From Lama glama (lineage: Eukaryota), in the NCBI GenBank assembly GCA_028534125.1, contig CM052832.1:7874001-7938000 (forward strand): a stretch of 64,000 nt of DNA. Reading direction: 5' to 3'. The notes beneath the pieces are model-generated. The model saw only the letters and a list, made by a program, of their open reading frames with translations. It searched no databases and was not told where the DNA came from. The position numbers and the translations under genes are program-made. Positions within the stretch are counted from its first letter, which is position 1, and the number at the start of each line of letters is the position of its first letter. Positions 39,731 to 52,483 of this stretch are shown here, piece after piece.

Positions 39731-40299
39731 CTCCAAGGTCAAGCCTTCACAGATCCAAAGATGTTTCCAGTCCGCTGCTTGCCCCTCAGAGGATGACAGG
39801 TGCCACCCTCCTGTCTCCCTCCCCCACATCAGTGCTAAGGGGGAGGGGGCAACAGCCAGCTAACTGTGGAGTTGACAAAAGCGTGTTTTCCCAGACTGGC
39901 TTTCGGAACATACGTGTTAATGGTTGAAAACTAAAACCGGAATGTGTTTTCACACTCATCACCCCACACTGCTCTGTTAATTTTTTCAAATCCCACAGAG
40001 CAACATATTTTGGTTGTGCTTCTGGTTCACCAAGTGCAACTAATCAGCACATCCACTCACTCAGATAGAAACCAGTGCCAAGGACATGTGAGTCAAGACA
40101 CCGGGGTGATGAGTCTTTAGGCACTCCCGGCCTCCCCAGCCCACCCCGCCTCCTCCACAGACCACGCTGTGGTTCCGAGTCGGGTGGGAGGTGCTCTCCA
40201 GTATCCTTCTCCATGAGCTCCCGGCAAGAAGTCCTGAAGAGCCCGGGTGGTAGGAAAGCCTTGCAGGGGTGACACTAGACGGCTCACCAATCACACCAA

Positions 40300-40460
40300 C
40301 CTGACCCTCGAGACAGTCCTTCAGGAGAGCAAGTACAGCTGCATTTCGCAGAGAACTAACTGAAGTTCAGAGATATCAAGTAATCTGTCCCAAGTCACAT
40401 AGCCTAAAAATAACAGAAGCAGGACGCAAACACAGGACTTCTGACTCTGAGAACAGAGCT
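40300..40460 (-). mobile_element. MIR SINE
   Basis: aactgaagttcagagatatcaagtaatctgtcccaagtcacatagc. Confidence 0.7.
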
Positions 40461-41379
40461 TGATCCTGTTCCCAGAAGTTCCTCCTCACTGTGTCCCCCT
40501 GCTCCCACTCCCTGTTGTCAACTGGTAACTTCCAGAGTGAAGGCTCATCCTGCTGGTGTGGGTGCCCGGGGTGGGGACTGACAAGGAGACCTGGTGTTTA
40601 TGGGCCAGAGATGCCTAGAGACGAGAGGGAGAAGAGAGAAACAGAGAGACAGAGAGAAGCAGACAGATTGAGGGGGCGGTCCTCACCCTGAGCAGAAGCC
40701 ACGGTTCAAGAAGCTCATGATCTAGCTAAGGAGCTAAGACCTAACACAGGGAGACACCAGAAAGGAGATGGAAAATGCATGAGACCAAGCACATGTCAGC
40801 AGCACGGGTGACAGAGGAGGGCTGAGTGGGGGGAGGGTGGGCTGCGGCTGGCCTGGCAGGGTTCGGACAGGGCCCAGAGGGAGGGTGGAGGGAAGACCAG
40901 CCTGGAGCAGGGGTGAGCAGGCGAGACCCCCCTGCCAAGGGTGCAGGACTGCACAGGACTCCATGGCGTGGGTGCTGCCAGGATGGATAGAATCCATTGA
41001 TGGACGCCTGGGTTGTTCCCAGTCTCTCACCCACACAGGTGGAGTAGATTTCCCTCGTGTTGTAGGATAAGTCCCTGAGGCAGACAGACTTTCCTGTAGG
41101 GAGACAGCCCCAGAGATGCCTTTCTGCTTCTCTCCAGCTCAGTGATGTGGTAGTTTGTGCTCTGATCGGGTATTTGAGGAAATGCAGGGAAATTAAATTT
41201 ATAAGGTTTGCTTTCTGTCTTCAAAGCATCACAGAGTCGAAAGGCACACTTACCCACCCACGCCTAGGGGAAACCATGCAGACTTTCAGGCCCCTTTAGT
41301 GCAGCTCAATTTTGAATTAGAAAATAAATTACTACATCTTAGCAGCCATGCCTTACAACCTTATATGACTTTCTAGAAT

Positions 41380-41695
41380 AGCATTGCCCAATAGAACGTT
41401 CTTTTTTGGGGTGGGGGAGGGTAATTAGGTTTATTTATTTACTTACTTACTTAATGGAGGTACTGGGGTTTGAACCCAGGACTTTGTGCATGCTAAGCAG
41501 GCACTCTACCATTGAGCTATGCCCTCCCCCTAGCAAAATTTTCTTGATGGTGGAAATGTGGCTGTTGAACACTTGAAGTGTAGCTAGGATGAGTGTGAAT
41601 TTATGTAAACTTGTTTAGATTTATGTACACTTAATTATTTAAATGTTCATTTTAATAGCTGTCTGTAGCTAGTGTCCATATTGGACAGCGCAGTT
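41380..41695. mobile_element. MER3-like hAT-Charlie element interrupted by a SINE
   Basis: Termini gcattgcccaatagaac ... ccatattggacagcgcag. Confidence 0.7.
41402..41530 (-). mobile_element. tRNA-Ala-derived camelid SINE (Vic-1-like)
   Basis: The reverse complement reads ggggagggcatagctcaatggtagagtgcctgcttagcatgcacaaagtcctgggttcaaaccccagtacctcc, followed by an (taag/taaa)n tail. Confidence 0.9.
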
Positions 41696-42292
41696 CTGGG
41701 AGAACCAGCACCTTTCTGAACCTTGACTTTTCCCTGGATTTCTCTGCCTCTTGGTCAAAGTACAAAAGCGGGAACTATGGATACAGCAAGAGCCCTTGTT
41801 CTCCCCTCCTCACCCCTCACTCCCCTGCCCTTTCTCCCACCCAAGTTCTCTAGAGGCTTCTAGGACCAAATATTATTTCTAATAACAGAGCTTTCTCACT
41901 CCAGTTATAATCACAAATCCCTCTGGGGAGAAAGTCTTATAGTGAAACAAATGGCCTATCCAAAGGTTTCAGAAAATTACTTTCTAAAAACTCTTTGGAG
42001 TGGACTATGCAGGGAAATGAAATAAGTATCAGGTTGGTTTGAGTAAGTTATCACATATGCCCCATGAGCTTCAGGGCATGTTTTGAGAAGGCTTTTTTTC
42101 CCTACTTCCAAATAACGGACAAATTGTTGATATAATGAGTGATCGAAGTAAGGGCTGGTTGGCAGCCTTCATAGCAGGAAGGCCTCTGCAGGGAGGAGAA
42201 TATTAATCAAGGCCTCCTGAGAGCAGTGGGCAACCAGGAGAAAAACAAGCTTCTCCTTCATGCACAAGGCAGATGCTGGGTACGGCTCCAGC

Positions 42293-42420
42293 AGTGTTTC
42301 CCAGACTTTAATGTGCATGCATGCCACCTGGGGAGCCATGTTAAAATGCACATTCCCATTCAGCAGGGCTGAGAGCCGCTGAAAATGCGGGTGCAGAGAC
42401 CACACTTTGCAGAGTAAGCC
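42293..42420. mobile_element. MER5-family MITE
   Basis: cagtgtttcccagactttaatgtgcatgc..ccacctgggga...gttaaaatgca...gaccacacttt. Confidence 0.7.
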
Positions 42421-43069
42421 TCAAGGCCTCAAAGCTCCTGAAGCCCGCTCGGAACACCTGACGGTTGGCTGCCAGTGCCCTGACTCCCAGCCCTGCCGAG
42501 GGCTAGCTTCTCTTGAAATGATCATCTTGGAGTCTGTCCCCTAGGAATTCAGCCCCACTTTATAAATTCACCTGCTGCAACCAGAAATCAACAGACCTTT
42601 CCAAAGTTGTTGAAACAACATAGGACCAAACATACCAAAGTCCTGAGAGACCCGTGTAAGGCAGCAGTCTGGGTGAATGCCTCTGCCCTGCAAGCTTACA
42701 CTAGCCCACAAAGGGGCTGCTCTGAGGCCTGATGGTGGGGAAAACACCTGTTAGCACAAATCTAAGCTCCATCCTCCATTCTGGTTCCACTGATAATAAT
42801 ATTGATGTTTTCATTTATGTCTTCTTGCTTCCTACTCTCATTTAATTCAGCCTTAACTGGGGATGAAGTTGGGATAATTTGCCCTTCAAACCATTTTATC
42901 TCCATCTACAAAGTGAGGATAATAGAGCACTGATACCTCTGAGTTTGGGGAGGATTAAGTCAGTGCTCAGAGGGGTTGAGCACTGTCCCTAGTATAACAG
43001 GTGCTCACTAAATGCAAGCTGTCATAATTATAGGTATTTTATGATGTTTGTTCCACGAATAAGTACAGA

Positions 43070-43440
43070 TCAATCTCCAGTAATGACCTCCTTCTTGACC
43101 TCCAGACCCAGTGCCTGCTTGATATTTTCACTGGAAGCAAACATTTCATCTTTTCTCCAAGATCAGTTCCCCTCACCGTCTTGTCAGAGGTAGCCTCTTT
43201 GACCCTGTCAGAGACAACTGATCCACAGCCATTTTTTGCCTCCATATCCAAGTACCAATGACACTTTTCAATCATGCCTTCACAAAGCATCTTGAACCCA
43301 CCCTCCTCTGTCTCCGTTGCCCACACCTCCCACACTTGTCCTTAGACTCCTGAAATACCTTCCCACCAGTCCTCCTGCCTTTGCCTCTCCCCTTTCCAGC
43401 CCTGTTATAGGAACTGCCTCCAGGTCAGCCTCTCCCGAGC
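43070..43440 (+). mobile_element. L2 fragment
   Basis: atctccag...gacctccagaccca..gcctgcttgatatttt.actgga pyrimidine-rich L2 motifs. Confidence 0.6.
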
Positions 43441-44649
43441 ACCACTGGAGGTTTCAAAAACGGTCCCAATAAGCAGTTCTAGAGACTTTTTTTCTTTTAA
43501 GCAGTAGCAGCATTGTTGACATAAGAGCATGACTTCTTAGGGGACTACCTGGGAAAAGGCCAAACACATGTACCCTGTTGCTTATAAAACTGCTCCACAA
43601 TCAGCTGTGGTACTTTAGAGCCACAGCACAAGCACTGCTGGAGAGATGCAGATCTTCACTCCCTCATCCACACTCAGGGAGCTCCTACTATGGCTCGATG
43701 CTGAGGCAGTAACAGCCCAGCCTACTGATGGAGGCTTCAGTCTCAGGTCGGATAAACCTGCTCCTCAAAAAGCACTGGTTTTGTTTAGGTTTTTCCTTCT
43801 ACATATTTGCTGTGGTTTTTGTCATCAAGCAAAATCATTGCTATTATTGCCTCATTGTCTGCTAGGGATTTTAGGACCTAGTATTATTTTGGAATTCATC
43901 TAGTTTAAACTAGAGATTTCCAAAGAAGCAAGTTTTTTTGAAAACAGTGATGACACTTGAGAATGCACATGTTCTAGTTCTCAGGTTTGAAGGTTAAAAG
44001 CTCTTAATCCAGTCGTTGGCCTCTCAGCCACCCCTCTGTTTAACCACTACATGGCATTTGACCCCTGGTATGCTCAGCCCACTGGCTCACGTGTAGGGCC
44101 ACATGCTACAGGCCGGGCCCCCGACAGAGGAAACAGCTGGATTTTGGAAGAGGTATGCCACCACTTCCTTAACCAACCATAACAGGCATGTCACTTCAGA
44201 ACTGATTCTTCTTAAAGGCAAGAACAAAACACTTGATTATTCTCAAAGAAATAGCAGAAAATAAAACCAAACAGATGACTTGGGAAAATAATTCTACACA
44301 AGAGTCTGTATGTCATGATTCTTCCTAGTCCCATCCGCGAGTTCCATCCCCCGTCCTCCTGAAGACGACAGCTTCTACAGGCTAAATGGCCCCAAATCCC
44401 TCTAGTTTTGTGCCTGTTCATTCACATGGGCTCCTCCCTACTCACCAAGCAGAGTGGAGGCTCGCTCCTGACAAGCACCAAACTAAAACATGGCTGCCTT
44501 CCTCCACCAGATCTTATGAACCAATTCTGGACTTTGGGGGCAGACACTGGACACTTCTATGGAGGCTAAAAACTTGTAGTCCAGATTTCTCAAGCAAGAA
44601 AATCCTAAATCTGAACAGGTTTTCTAGACTTCTCCTTGAACTAACGCAC

Positions 44650-44832
44650 AGATTTTTTCCAGTACTAAATACAATATGATCCATGTTGGTGGAATCCAAG
44701 GATGCAGAACCACAGATAAACCATGGATACAGAGGACCCATATATAGAAGGCCAACTGTAAGTTACACATAGATTTTCACCTGCAGGGGGGATCAGCACC
44801 TCTAACTCCCTCCTTGTTCAAGGGTCAACTAT
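44650..44832. mobile_element. Tigger2-family (MER8/Tigger2a-like) fragment
   Basis: ggttggaatcc..ggatgcagaacc...ggatacagagg and terminal ttgttcaagggtcaacta (Tigger2 TIR). Confidence 0.75.
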
Positions 44833-44985
44833 ATTTTAGGCTTTGCAGGCCATATGGTTGGTCTCAGTTACAAATTCTCAACTCTGCTATTGTAGTGTAA
44901 AAGCAGCCACAGACAATACGGAACAAATGAGCATGGCTGTGTTCCAATAAAATTCATTTACAAAAGCAGGTATGAGCCATACTCT
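44833..44985 (+). mobile_element. MER58A (hAT-Charlie)
   Basis: attttaggctttgcaggccata...ctcaactctgctattgtagtgtaaaagcagccacagacaatac...gcatggctgtgttccaataaaa. Confidence 0.9.
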
Positions 44986-44989
44986 GCTT

Positions 44990-46222
44990 TAAAACAAGCC
45001 TCAAAGGACTAAACTGATCTGCAGGTAAATTAAGTACCTGTTAGAATAAAGCTCAGTATAAAGAAAAAAAGCCAGCAATGTAATATCCACAATGTATACT
45101 ATCCTTTGTAGGTTACCAGACCTACAAAGAACTGGAAAATGACTTTCCAGGAGAAAAATAAGTCAATAGAAACAGATCCAGAAATGACAGATGGTGGAAT
45201 GAGCAGATAAGGACATTTAAAAAGCTATTATAAACTTAAAATGGAGTATAATCTATAAAAAATTGAATCACTAAGCTGTAAACCTGAAATTAATATAGTA
45301 AATCAAATATACTTCAGTAAGAACTATACATATTAAAAAATTAAAAATTAAAAACTATTATAAACACGCTCTTTCATGCTCAAGGATGTAAAGAAAATAT
45401 GAATACTGTGACAGAAATGATGTAAAAAATAACTAAATGGATCTGCTAAAGACGAATACAATATCTGAAATGAAAATTTCACTGGAAAGGAATAATAACA
45501 AATTAGATACTGCAGAAAAAAAAGATCAGTGAACATGAAAAAGTGCAATAGGATTTATACAAAATGGAGAATAGAGGAGAAAAGGAATAATTAGCAGAGC
45601 CTCGGTGACCCACAGGATATCCAGCAATCTAAAAGACATGCCTACCACAGCCAACAACATAAAACCCACCCTAATTGTAAGGATCAAGAGGCTGTAAGTA
45701 AAAGGATGGAAAAAGATACATGATGACATGGTATCAGATAAAGGAGGCTTCAGGACAAAGAAAGTTCCCAGATACAAAGGACATTTCACAATAACAAAAG
45801 GGACAATTCAACAAGAAGACATAATAATCCTAAATGTGAATGCAGACAAGAGCAAAACTTCTAAACAGAAGAAACAAAAACTGACAGAACTAAAAGGAGA
45901 CATATATGCAAATCCACAATTATAGTTGGTAATTTCAACATGCCTCTCTCAGCAACTTATAGAACAAGTGAAGAGAAAAAAGCAATTAAGGATATAGGAA
46001 ACTTGAGCTCCACCAATCAATGTGACCTAATTGGTATTTATAGAATGTTACTGCCTGCAGAAAACACATTATTTTCAAATGAACAAGGAACACTCACCCA
46101 AGCAGACCATATGGTGGGCCATAAAACAAGTTTCAATAAATCTAAAAGGATTGAAATCATCCAGAGTATGTTCTCAAACCACAATGGAATTAAATTATAA
46201 ATCAATAACAAAAAAAATTAAA
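44990..46222 (+). mobile_element. old L1M ORF1 and ORF2-endonuclease remnant
   Basis: Broken translations KGTIQQEDIIILNV and DHMVGHKTSFNKSKRIEIIQSMFSNHNGIKL match L1 ORF2 APE endonuclease motifs. Confidence 0.9.
45236..45354 (+). mobile_element. very short L1 3' end nested in the older L1, with TSD
   Basis: aatggagtataatctataaaaaattgaatcacta.gctgta.acctgaaa. TSD ctattataaac at 45225-45235 and 45355-45365. Confidence 0.8.
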
Positions 46223-46223
46223 A

Positions 46224-46520
46224 CAGTGCTTAGCAATAGAAATACAATGCAAGCCACACACGTTAATTTTGAATTTTCTACTAGCCACATTTTTAAAAGT
46301 AGAAAGAAACAGATGAACTTAATCCTAATAATAGGTTTTCTTTAACCCACTATATCAAAAATACTCATTTCTACATGTAAGCAACATTTTTAAATTGAGA
46401 TATTTTACCTTTTGTTTCATGCTAAGTCTTCCAAATCCAAGAAGTTACTTACAGCACAACACAATTTAAACCAGGCACATCTCAAGTGCTCACCTGTGGC
46501 TACCATATTGGACAGTGCAA
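46224..46520 (+). mobile_element. MER33 (hAT-Charlie)
   Basis: caatagaaatacaatgcaagccaca...aattttctactagccacatt...tggctaccatattggacagtgca. Confidence 0.85.
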
Positions 46521-47505
46521 CTTCTATGGTAAGCTAATGTTAGAGTTGGTAATTTTAACACCCATCTATACTAGGTTGTTCAATTTTCCCCCTCAAAGGA
46601 AAAAAGTCTTGCCTTGAAACAGAAGGCTTTTGAAATGTTTACAGCTATCTTAAAAAATGTTAACACATCAATCATCGGGGTTGCCAATCTTGTCTTCAAA
46701 CTTTTACTTCCTCTTTCACTCACCCACTATCGTGGTGGGCAAAACACTTCCCAATTTTAGCCATTGTTCTCAAATTGGTCTACCACTCGTTCCATGAATA
46801 CCTGTTGGCTAACTTAGGATTCTCCTGTTCTTACGTCTGTCAGATGCCCCATTGCCTCCTTTTATTTTTCCTGCACAGACACAACAGTACACAGGTCTTG
46901 TGCCTCTTAGTGGTTTATCCCCACTCCACTCATATTTTTGAGGCCATGGGGATATCTTGCCATGCAGTTGTGCTGCAAATGTTGTCGAGGGGTTTCTGGT
47001 TGCTACATTTTTATGTGGAGAGTAAGAAAATTCAAAAAATCTGAAAGATGTTCCAGCTACAACCATCATTCCAGAATTTGGTTTTCTAAATATATGTATG
47101 TATTACTGATAAAAATAAAAATTTTCAAGAGAGAATATTGTCTGAACTCCCCTCCTTGGCTTTACCTCTGGCTGCAAATGTGGAATAAAGAGGACCCAAA
47201 GAAATGATACAGGACTGCAGGAAGGAGAAGGAACCAAAGAAACACTTTCAACAAACACCCTAAGTACAAGAAGCCAGGCAGAGAGGAAAATCTTGGATTT
47301 ACACCTAAAGATTAGCCACCAGAGACAACAACTAGATGAAACAAAACAGCTCTGAATGGTGAAATAGGACACGCATCCTGGAGATTCCCCAGAGAAATAA
47401 AGGCGTTGTTAGTGGAATTAAAATTGGTTCAGGCAGTACAGCTTCATTCTTTACTCGGCTGTTAAGAAAAATACAAGCCTGAGTGGGATTTTGGAAAACA
47501 ACAGT

Positions 47506-48148
47506 TGTCGTGCCAGCTTTAAATCCACCCTCATGCACTGCACTTTGTGATACTGGAGTTGTGACCTATAAACGTTCCTCCCTCGCCAGTGAACACATTA
47601 CTAGGCACCGTCAGTAGAAGGCACTTCAAGTGAAAGGGGCTTCACTTTTGGTTCTGGTGCTTTTCCGTCTTGCTCCTAATGTGGCACTGTCAGCATGTGG
47701 CTTTCTGGCCAGCCGGCAGCTTCTCTGCCGGTGGTACACACTCTCCATGATTTTGCTGGCACCCCAGGAGGTGGCTTTCCCCTAAGTGTCACTGGCACCC
47801 CAGCAAGTGACTCCTAGCGAGTTTCCCTGACACCTTAAACTATGGCACCTCAGCAAACTTCCCCATCCAGTGGACCACACCACACTGTCCTCTCAGTGAG
47901 AGCTGAATCTCAGTCCTGGGGGAGGAAGAGGGGGGCTCTTCCAAGTTTGCTCCTTTCCTGGGGACTCTCAGTCTACAAGCAGAGGCTGCGCCCTACATCT
48001 GCTATCCTCGTATTCTTTAGAGATGTCTGCCCCATCTTTGTGGTTAATTCCCTGTTAACTAGTTAATAATTCTTCATACTGAATTTTCCCCGTTCAAATT
48101 ACTGGTATGATTTCTTTCTCCTGAATCAATCCTGAACCCTAAATGATA
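47506..48148 (+). mobile_element. ERVL-type solo LTR (LTR41/LTR33-like)
   Basis: Starts TGTC..tttaaatccaccct...tgtgatactgg and ends aaattactggtatgatttctttctcctga...tgata. Confidence 0.6.
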
Positions 48149-48149
48149 T

Positions 48150-51100
48150 CATAATCATTTGTAAAATTTACAAGAGGATGTATATTTTCTAAATCACTAA
48201 GAAAATTAAACCAGGAAATTAAGTCCGTTTAGAAAGTGAGAGGAATCGGTGAGAAAGCAATAAAACATGATCACAGAGGACCAGAGTTAGTAACTAACAC
48301 AAAAGCAAATTGGATTAAACACTCTATTAAAATGCAAAGACTCTCCAAAGAAGCTGAAATATAAAATCCAACAAGACATGCTGTTTAAGAGAAAACTTAA
48401 AATTATATGAAAGCCAAAAATAAGGGGACAGATAATAATTTATAAAGCACATATAAACAAAAAAGAAGAGAAATTCTAATATCAAAGAAAGTAAAATTCA
48501 AGGCAAAAAGCATAATTGGACACAAAGAATAACTTAAGACTAGTAAGTCTTCCTTATGAATTGTACCTGACACAAGAATTTGTGTACTAAATAACAGTAT
48601 CAAAATATATAAAGCAAAAGCTTCTAGACAAGATGAAACTGAGAAATAACTATAATAGGAGAATCTAAGACAACACTATTTAGTCTATGGTAGTTAATAA
48701 CCAAAAATAAGAAAGTGAAATTTGAATAATTAAAGTGGTTGAATAGATACACATTCACCTCTGTCTCACACAAATTGAATAAACATTCATTTAAAACACC
48801 CATAGAACACTTTAAAAATGTTAGGCCCCAAAACCTCAATAAATTCTTAAAAACAAAAACCACACAAGCCGTGTTTTCAAGGTAAAAATCCCATCAGTAG
48901 CAAAAAATTTTGGAAAAAAAAAGTCAACCACACAGAAATTTTAAAATATTTTTAGTTACTGAAACAAAAACTTAAAACACAAAGATAAACTACTTAGAAA
49001 ATAAGACACATCAACATAGCAGGGATGTGAACATATTTGTAATTGGAGATAACCAAAAGCCTTTAATACTTTCAACTGTATACAAACAAAAACAAAAGTT
49101 ACAGGGAAAAAAATCTAGAGAAATCAAAGGAAATAATAAACACAAAATGAGAAAGTAATACATCTTAAAACAAAATCACAATTGATAAACAAGTCCAAAC
49201 ACCACTTTTTTTTCCCTAAGGGAAAAAAGATACCTTTAGCAAGTTTAAGCAAGGAAAAAATTAAGACAACGGAAGAACTAAGAAAAGGTAAATTTCCTAT
49301 AACTTAGAAGTAGCAAGTTTAATAGAAAAGAGATTTTATTCTCTTTCTATTAAAATTATCTAATAAATGTGTTAAATTTCAACAAAATGAAAAGATTTCT
49401 GGAAAAGTATAAATTACTTAAATTTAGTAAGAAGAACCACAAAATGAAAAATACATTTTAAAACAAGAAATTTTTAATTTACATTTAAAGTTACTTAAAC
49501 TTAAAATACCTAACATACTAATAGCTACAGAAGAAACTGGGGTTATCAAGAGTTTATCTCCTAATAGGGCTCTGAACTCAAAAGTTTTATAGGCATGGTC
49601 CTTCAATTTTTCATGGAACAAATCACTCCCATGCTATAATATAACTGCTTAATGTACAGAAAAATATATACAGTTATCATATTCATTTTACAGAGCTAGC
49701 AAAATCCCTGTATCAAAACTTGGATGACAGCCCAAAAGACCAAATTCACTCATGTAAAAAGGCTATTTTCCTAAATAAAATATTAGCAAATCAAATTCTC
49801 TAGTACCAACAGGGCAGTCACAGTTTAGGAGAAATATATTCCAAAGGACATCCCCGTATTTCAAAACTAATTTTCCCAGAAAAATAAATGTAAACACAGG
49901 GGGTACAAGGTTGGACAGCATAACTCTACAATCACTATAGTATATTTTTACTTTGAGACCACTTTTTCTTATCTCATCTTTATTTCTAATATTTCAAGAG
50001 AGGACTCTCACTCATAGTGATGGTTTCTTTTGGCTCTTTTATCATATTTAATTTAGGTCCCAAAGATACCGAGACTTAAGCATGCTTCTGAACACTAGTT
50101 TTAACACTACCATTTAATAATGCCTGTAAGAGAATATGGTTAACAGTGAATGTTAAAATAGCCACCCAAATCGCTCTCAGAGTGTGCTGGTAAAGACCCT
50201 GGGTGTTACCGCACACTAACACAGGATGATGGCACATCTGTTTACCAGTTAAAGCTGCACTGCTATGAGGTAAAATCATGAGCAGTTTACAATGCTGTAA
50301 GACTGCCAGTTCTGAAATGATGCAATTCCTGGTCATTTTTTAGGGTATAAGTTTGTGCATTACTTCAAATTTCAAAAACAAAGTGACTCTTTACTAATAT
50401 TATTAGATCAACTATTTTTAAACCATATAATTCAAGTCTACATAAAAATTTAAAAAAATTTTTTTAATTAACCAACCTGATTCTAGGCGTTCAAAGATGG
50501 TTTAATAGTGGAAAATCTTATTAAAGCATCATCAACAAATCAAATGGGGAAGAAAAAAACCATACAATCATCTTAGCAGATATTCAAAAAGTGTATTTGA
50601 CAAAATTCCAGGGCCATTTGTAATTTAAATACTTTAAAATCTAAAAATAGAGGGTATTTCCTTTCTAGATAAATATCTGACTCAAAACAGGCAGCCTAAT
50701 GGTAAAACACTACGGAGATACCCATTAAAACCAGAAACAAAACAATGTCTTCCATCATCATCATCATTTAACATTTCAGTCAACAAAACATGCAATAAAA
50801 ATTAAACTATTATAAGAAACAACATNNNNNNNNNNNNNNNNNNNNNNNNNNNNNNNNNNNNNNNNNNNNNNNNNNNNNNNNNNNNNNNNNNNNNNNNNNN
50901 NNNNNNNNNNNNNNNNNNNNNNNNNNNNNNNNNNNNNNNNNNNNNNNNNNNNNNNNNNNNNNNNNNNNNNNNNNNNNNNNNNNNNNNNNNNNNNNNNNNN
51001 NNNNNNNNNNNNNNNNNNNNNNNNNNNNNNNNNNNNNNNNNNNNNNNNNNNNNNNNNNNNNNNNNNNNNNNNNNNNNNNNNNNNNNNNNNNNNNNNNNNN

Positions 51101-51610
51101 NNNNNNNNNNNNNNNNNNNNNNNNNNNNNNNNNNNNNNNNNNNNNNNNNNNNNNNNNNNNNNNNNNNNNNNNNNNNNNNNNNNNNNNNNNNNNNNNNNNN
51201 NNNNNNNNNNNNNNNNNNNNNNNNNNNNNNNNNNNNNNNNNNNNNNNNNNNNNNNNNNNNNNNNNNNNNNNNNNNNNNNNNNNNNNNNNNNNNNNNNNNN
51301 NNNNNNNNNNNNNNNNNNNNNNNNNAAATACTTTAAAATCTAAAAATAGAGGGTATTTCCTTTCTAGATAAATATCTGACTCAAAACAGGCAGCCTAATG
51401 GTAAAACACTACGGAGATACCCATTAAAACCAGAAACAAAACAATGTCTTCCATCATCATCATCATTTAACATTTCAGTCAACAAAACATGCAATAAAAA
51501 TTAAACTATTATAAGAAACAACATTATCATTATTCATGAATGATACCAAAGTATTTCCTAGAAAACCCATTGCAAAATTGCTGGAAAAAAGAGTACTAGA
51601 ATTAAGTGAC
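48150..51610 (+). mobile_element. degraded L1M ORF2 (fragments 48150-49810, 50440-50825 and 51326-51610)
   Basis: A-rich L1 sense-strand composition; cctaaataaaatattagcaaatcaaatt, tttgacaaaattcca and cccattaaaaccagaaacaa are ORF2 motifs. Confidence 0.8.
50627..51524. repeat. 199-bp exact duplication flanking a 500-N gap
   Basis: 50627-50825 is identical to 51326-51524. Confidence 0.95.
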
Positions 51611-51649
51611 TAGATACCATGAAAATATAACTTTATGGTCTGATGAGAC

Positions 51650-52483
51650 CACAGAATTATTACTGCTCAAACCCTTCCACCTTTCTCCACCAGGACTGGC
51701 TGTATCCCAGTTTGAGTCGCTATTATTGTTTGCCTGGATTACTGCATCAAGCTCTTCTATTAACCGGCTTCCCTATCTTCGGTCTGGTGAGATTATACAG
51801 TACAGCCACAAGACAAATCTGATTGTGTCATTTCTTTGCATAGAATCTTCTCATAGCTTCCCATCATAATTAGAGTAAGATCCAAATTCCTTATCACAGC
51901 CTCATAAGGCCCTACCCAACCAGGCCTTACACAAACGCCATTCCTCACACTCTAGCCATATGGTCCTCCATTCTGCTCCTCAAAACATTAGGAGCTTTGT
52001 GCTAGTTCTTCACTCAGCCAGCATTACTCTTCCCTTAAACCTCACAAACTTGGCTCCTTCTAATACGTCAATTACATCTAATCTTAATCAATTACATCTC
52101 TCCTCAAAGAGCTCTTTGATCATCCAACCTAAAGTAGCCACCCAGTCACTATCTCCCATCACCCTGTTTTAATTCCCTCCATAGAGTCTAAAGTTCATGC
52201 TCTGATCTTTTCCCTGTATGTCTGGCTTCTTCTCCCACTAATGTCACCTCCATGAGAGCAAGAACTTTGCCTTAATACCTGTTCATGGCCAAAACTTAAG
52301 TAAGTGCCTGGCACACAAGAAGGGCTACTCCTCTTCTCTGAATCTTAATTGTCTGTCATTATCAACAGATTTTAAGCCCCATAAAACAGGAACCATTCCT
52401 ACTTTAGTCACTGTTTGATCACCAGGACTCAGATACTGGCTATACAGTCAATAAATACCTGATGAATGAATGAATGAATGAAT
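51650..52483 (+). mobile_element. L2 3' region(s) with (GAAT)n tail
   Basis: ctccatgagagcaaga...gtgcctggcaca, then caataaatacctgatgaatgaatgaatgaatgaat. Confidence 0.85.

Noticed and set aside
11-44700. Numerous 60-200 aa ORFs in the GC-rich region (for example 9942-10544, 25944-26516, 29113-29619, 22443-22970)
   Set aside because: They overlap on both strands, are Pro/Gly/Ser/Trp/Cys-rich, often start at non-ATG codons and show no recognisable domain or consistent exon chain. This is expected by chance in GC-rich DNA.
45728-46200. ORFs with endonuclease-like motifs
   Set aside because: Frameshifted, stop-ridden L1 ORF2 remnants, not a host gene.
47590-47630. CTCF site expected in LTR41-type LTRs
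   Set aside because: The motif here (tcagtagaaggcact) is degenerate and the family assignment is uncertain.
50220-50330. Box C/D snoRNA suggested by ATGATG and CTGA motifs
   Set aside because: No canonical RTGATGA box, no terminal stem, and the region is not intronic.
50627-51524. Possible real tandem duplication or LTR pair
   Set aside because: Complete identity inside an ancient L1 and position exactly at the edges of a round 500-N gap indicate an assembly overlap.
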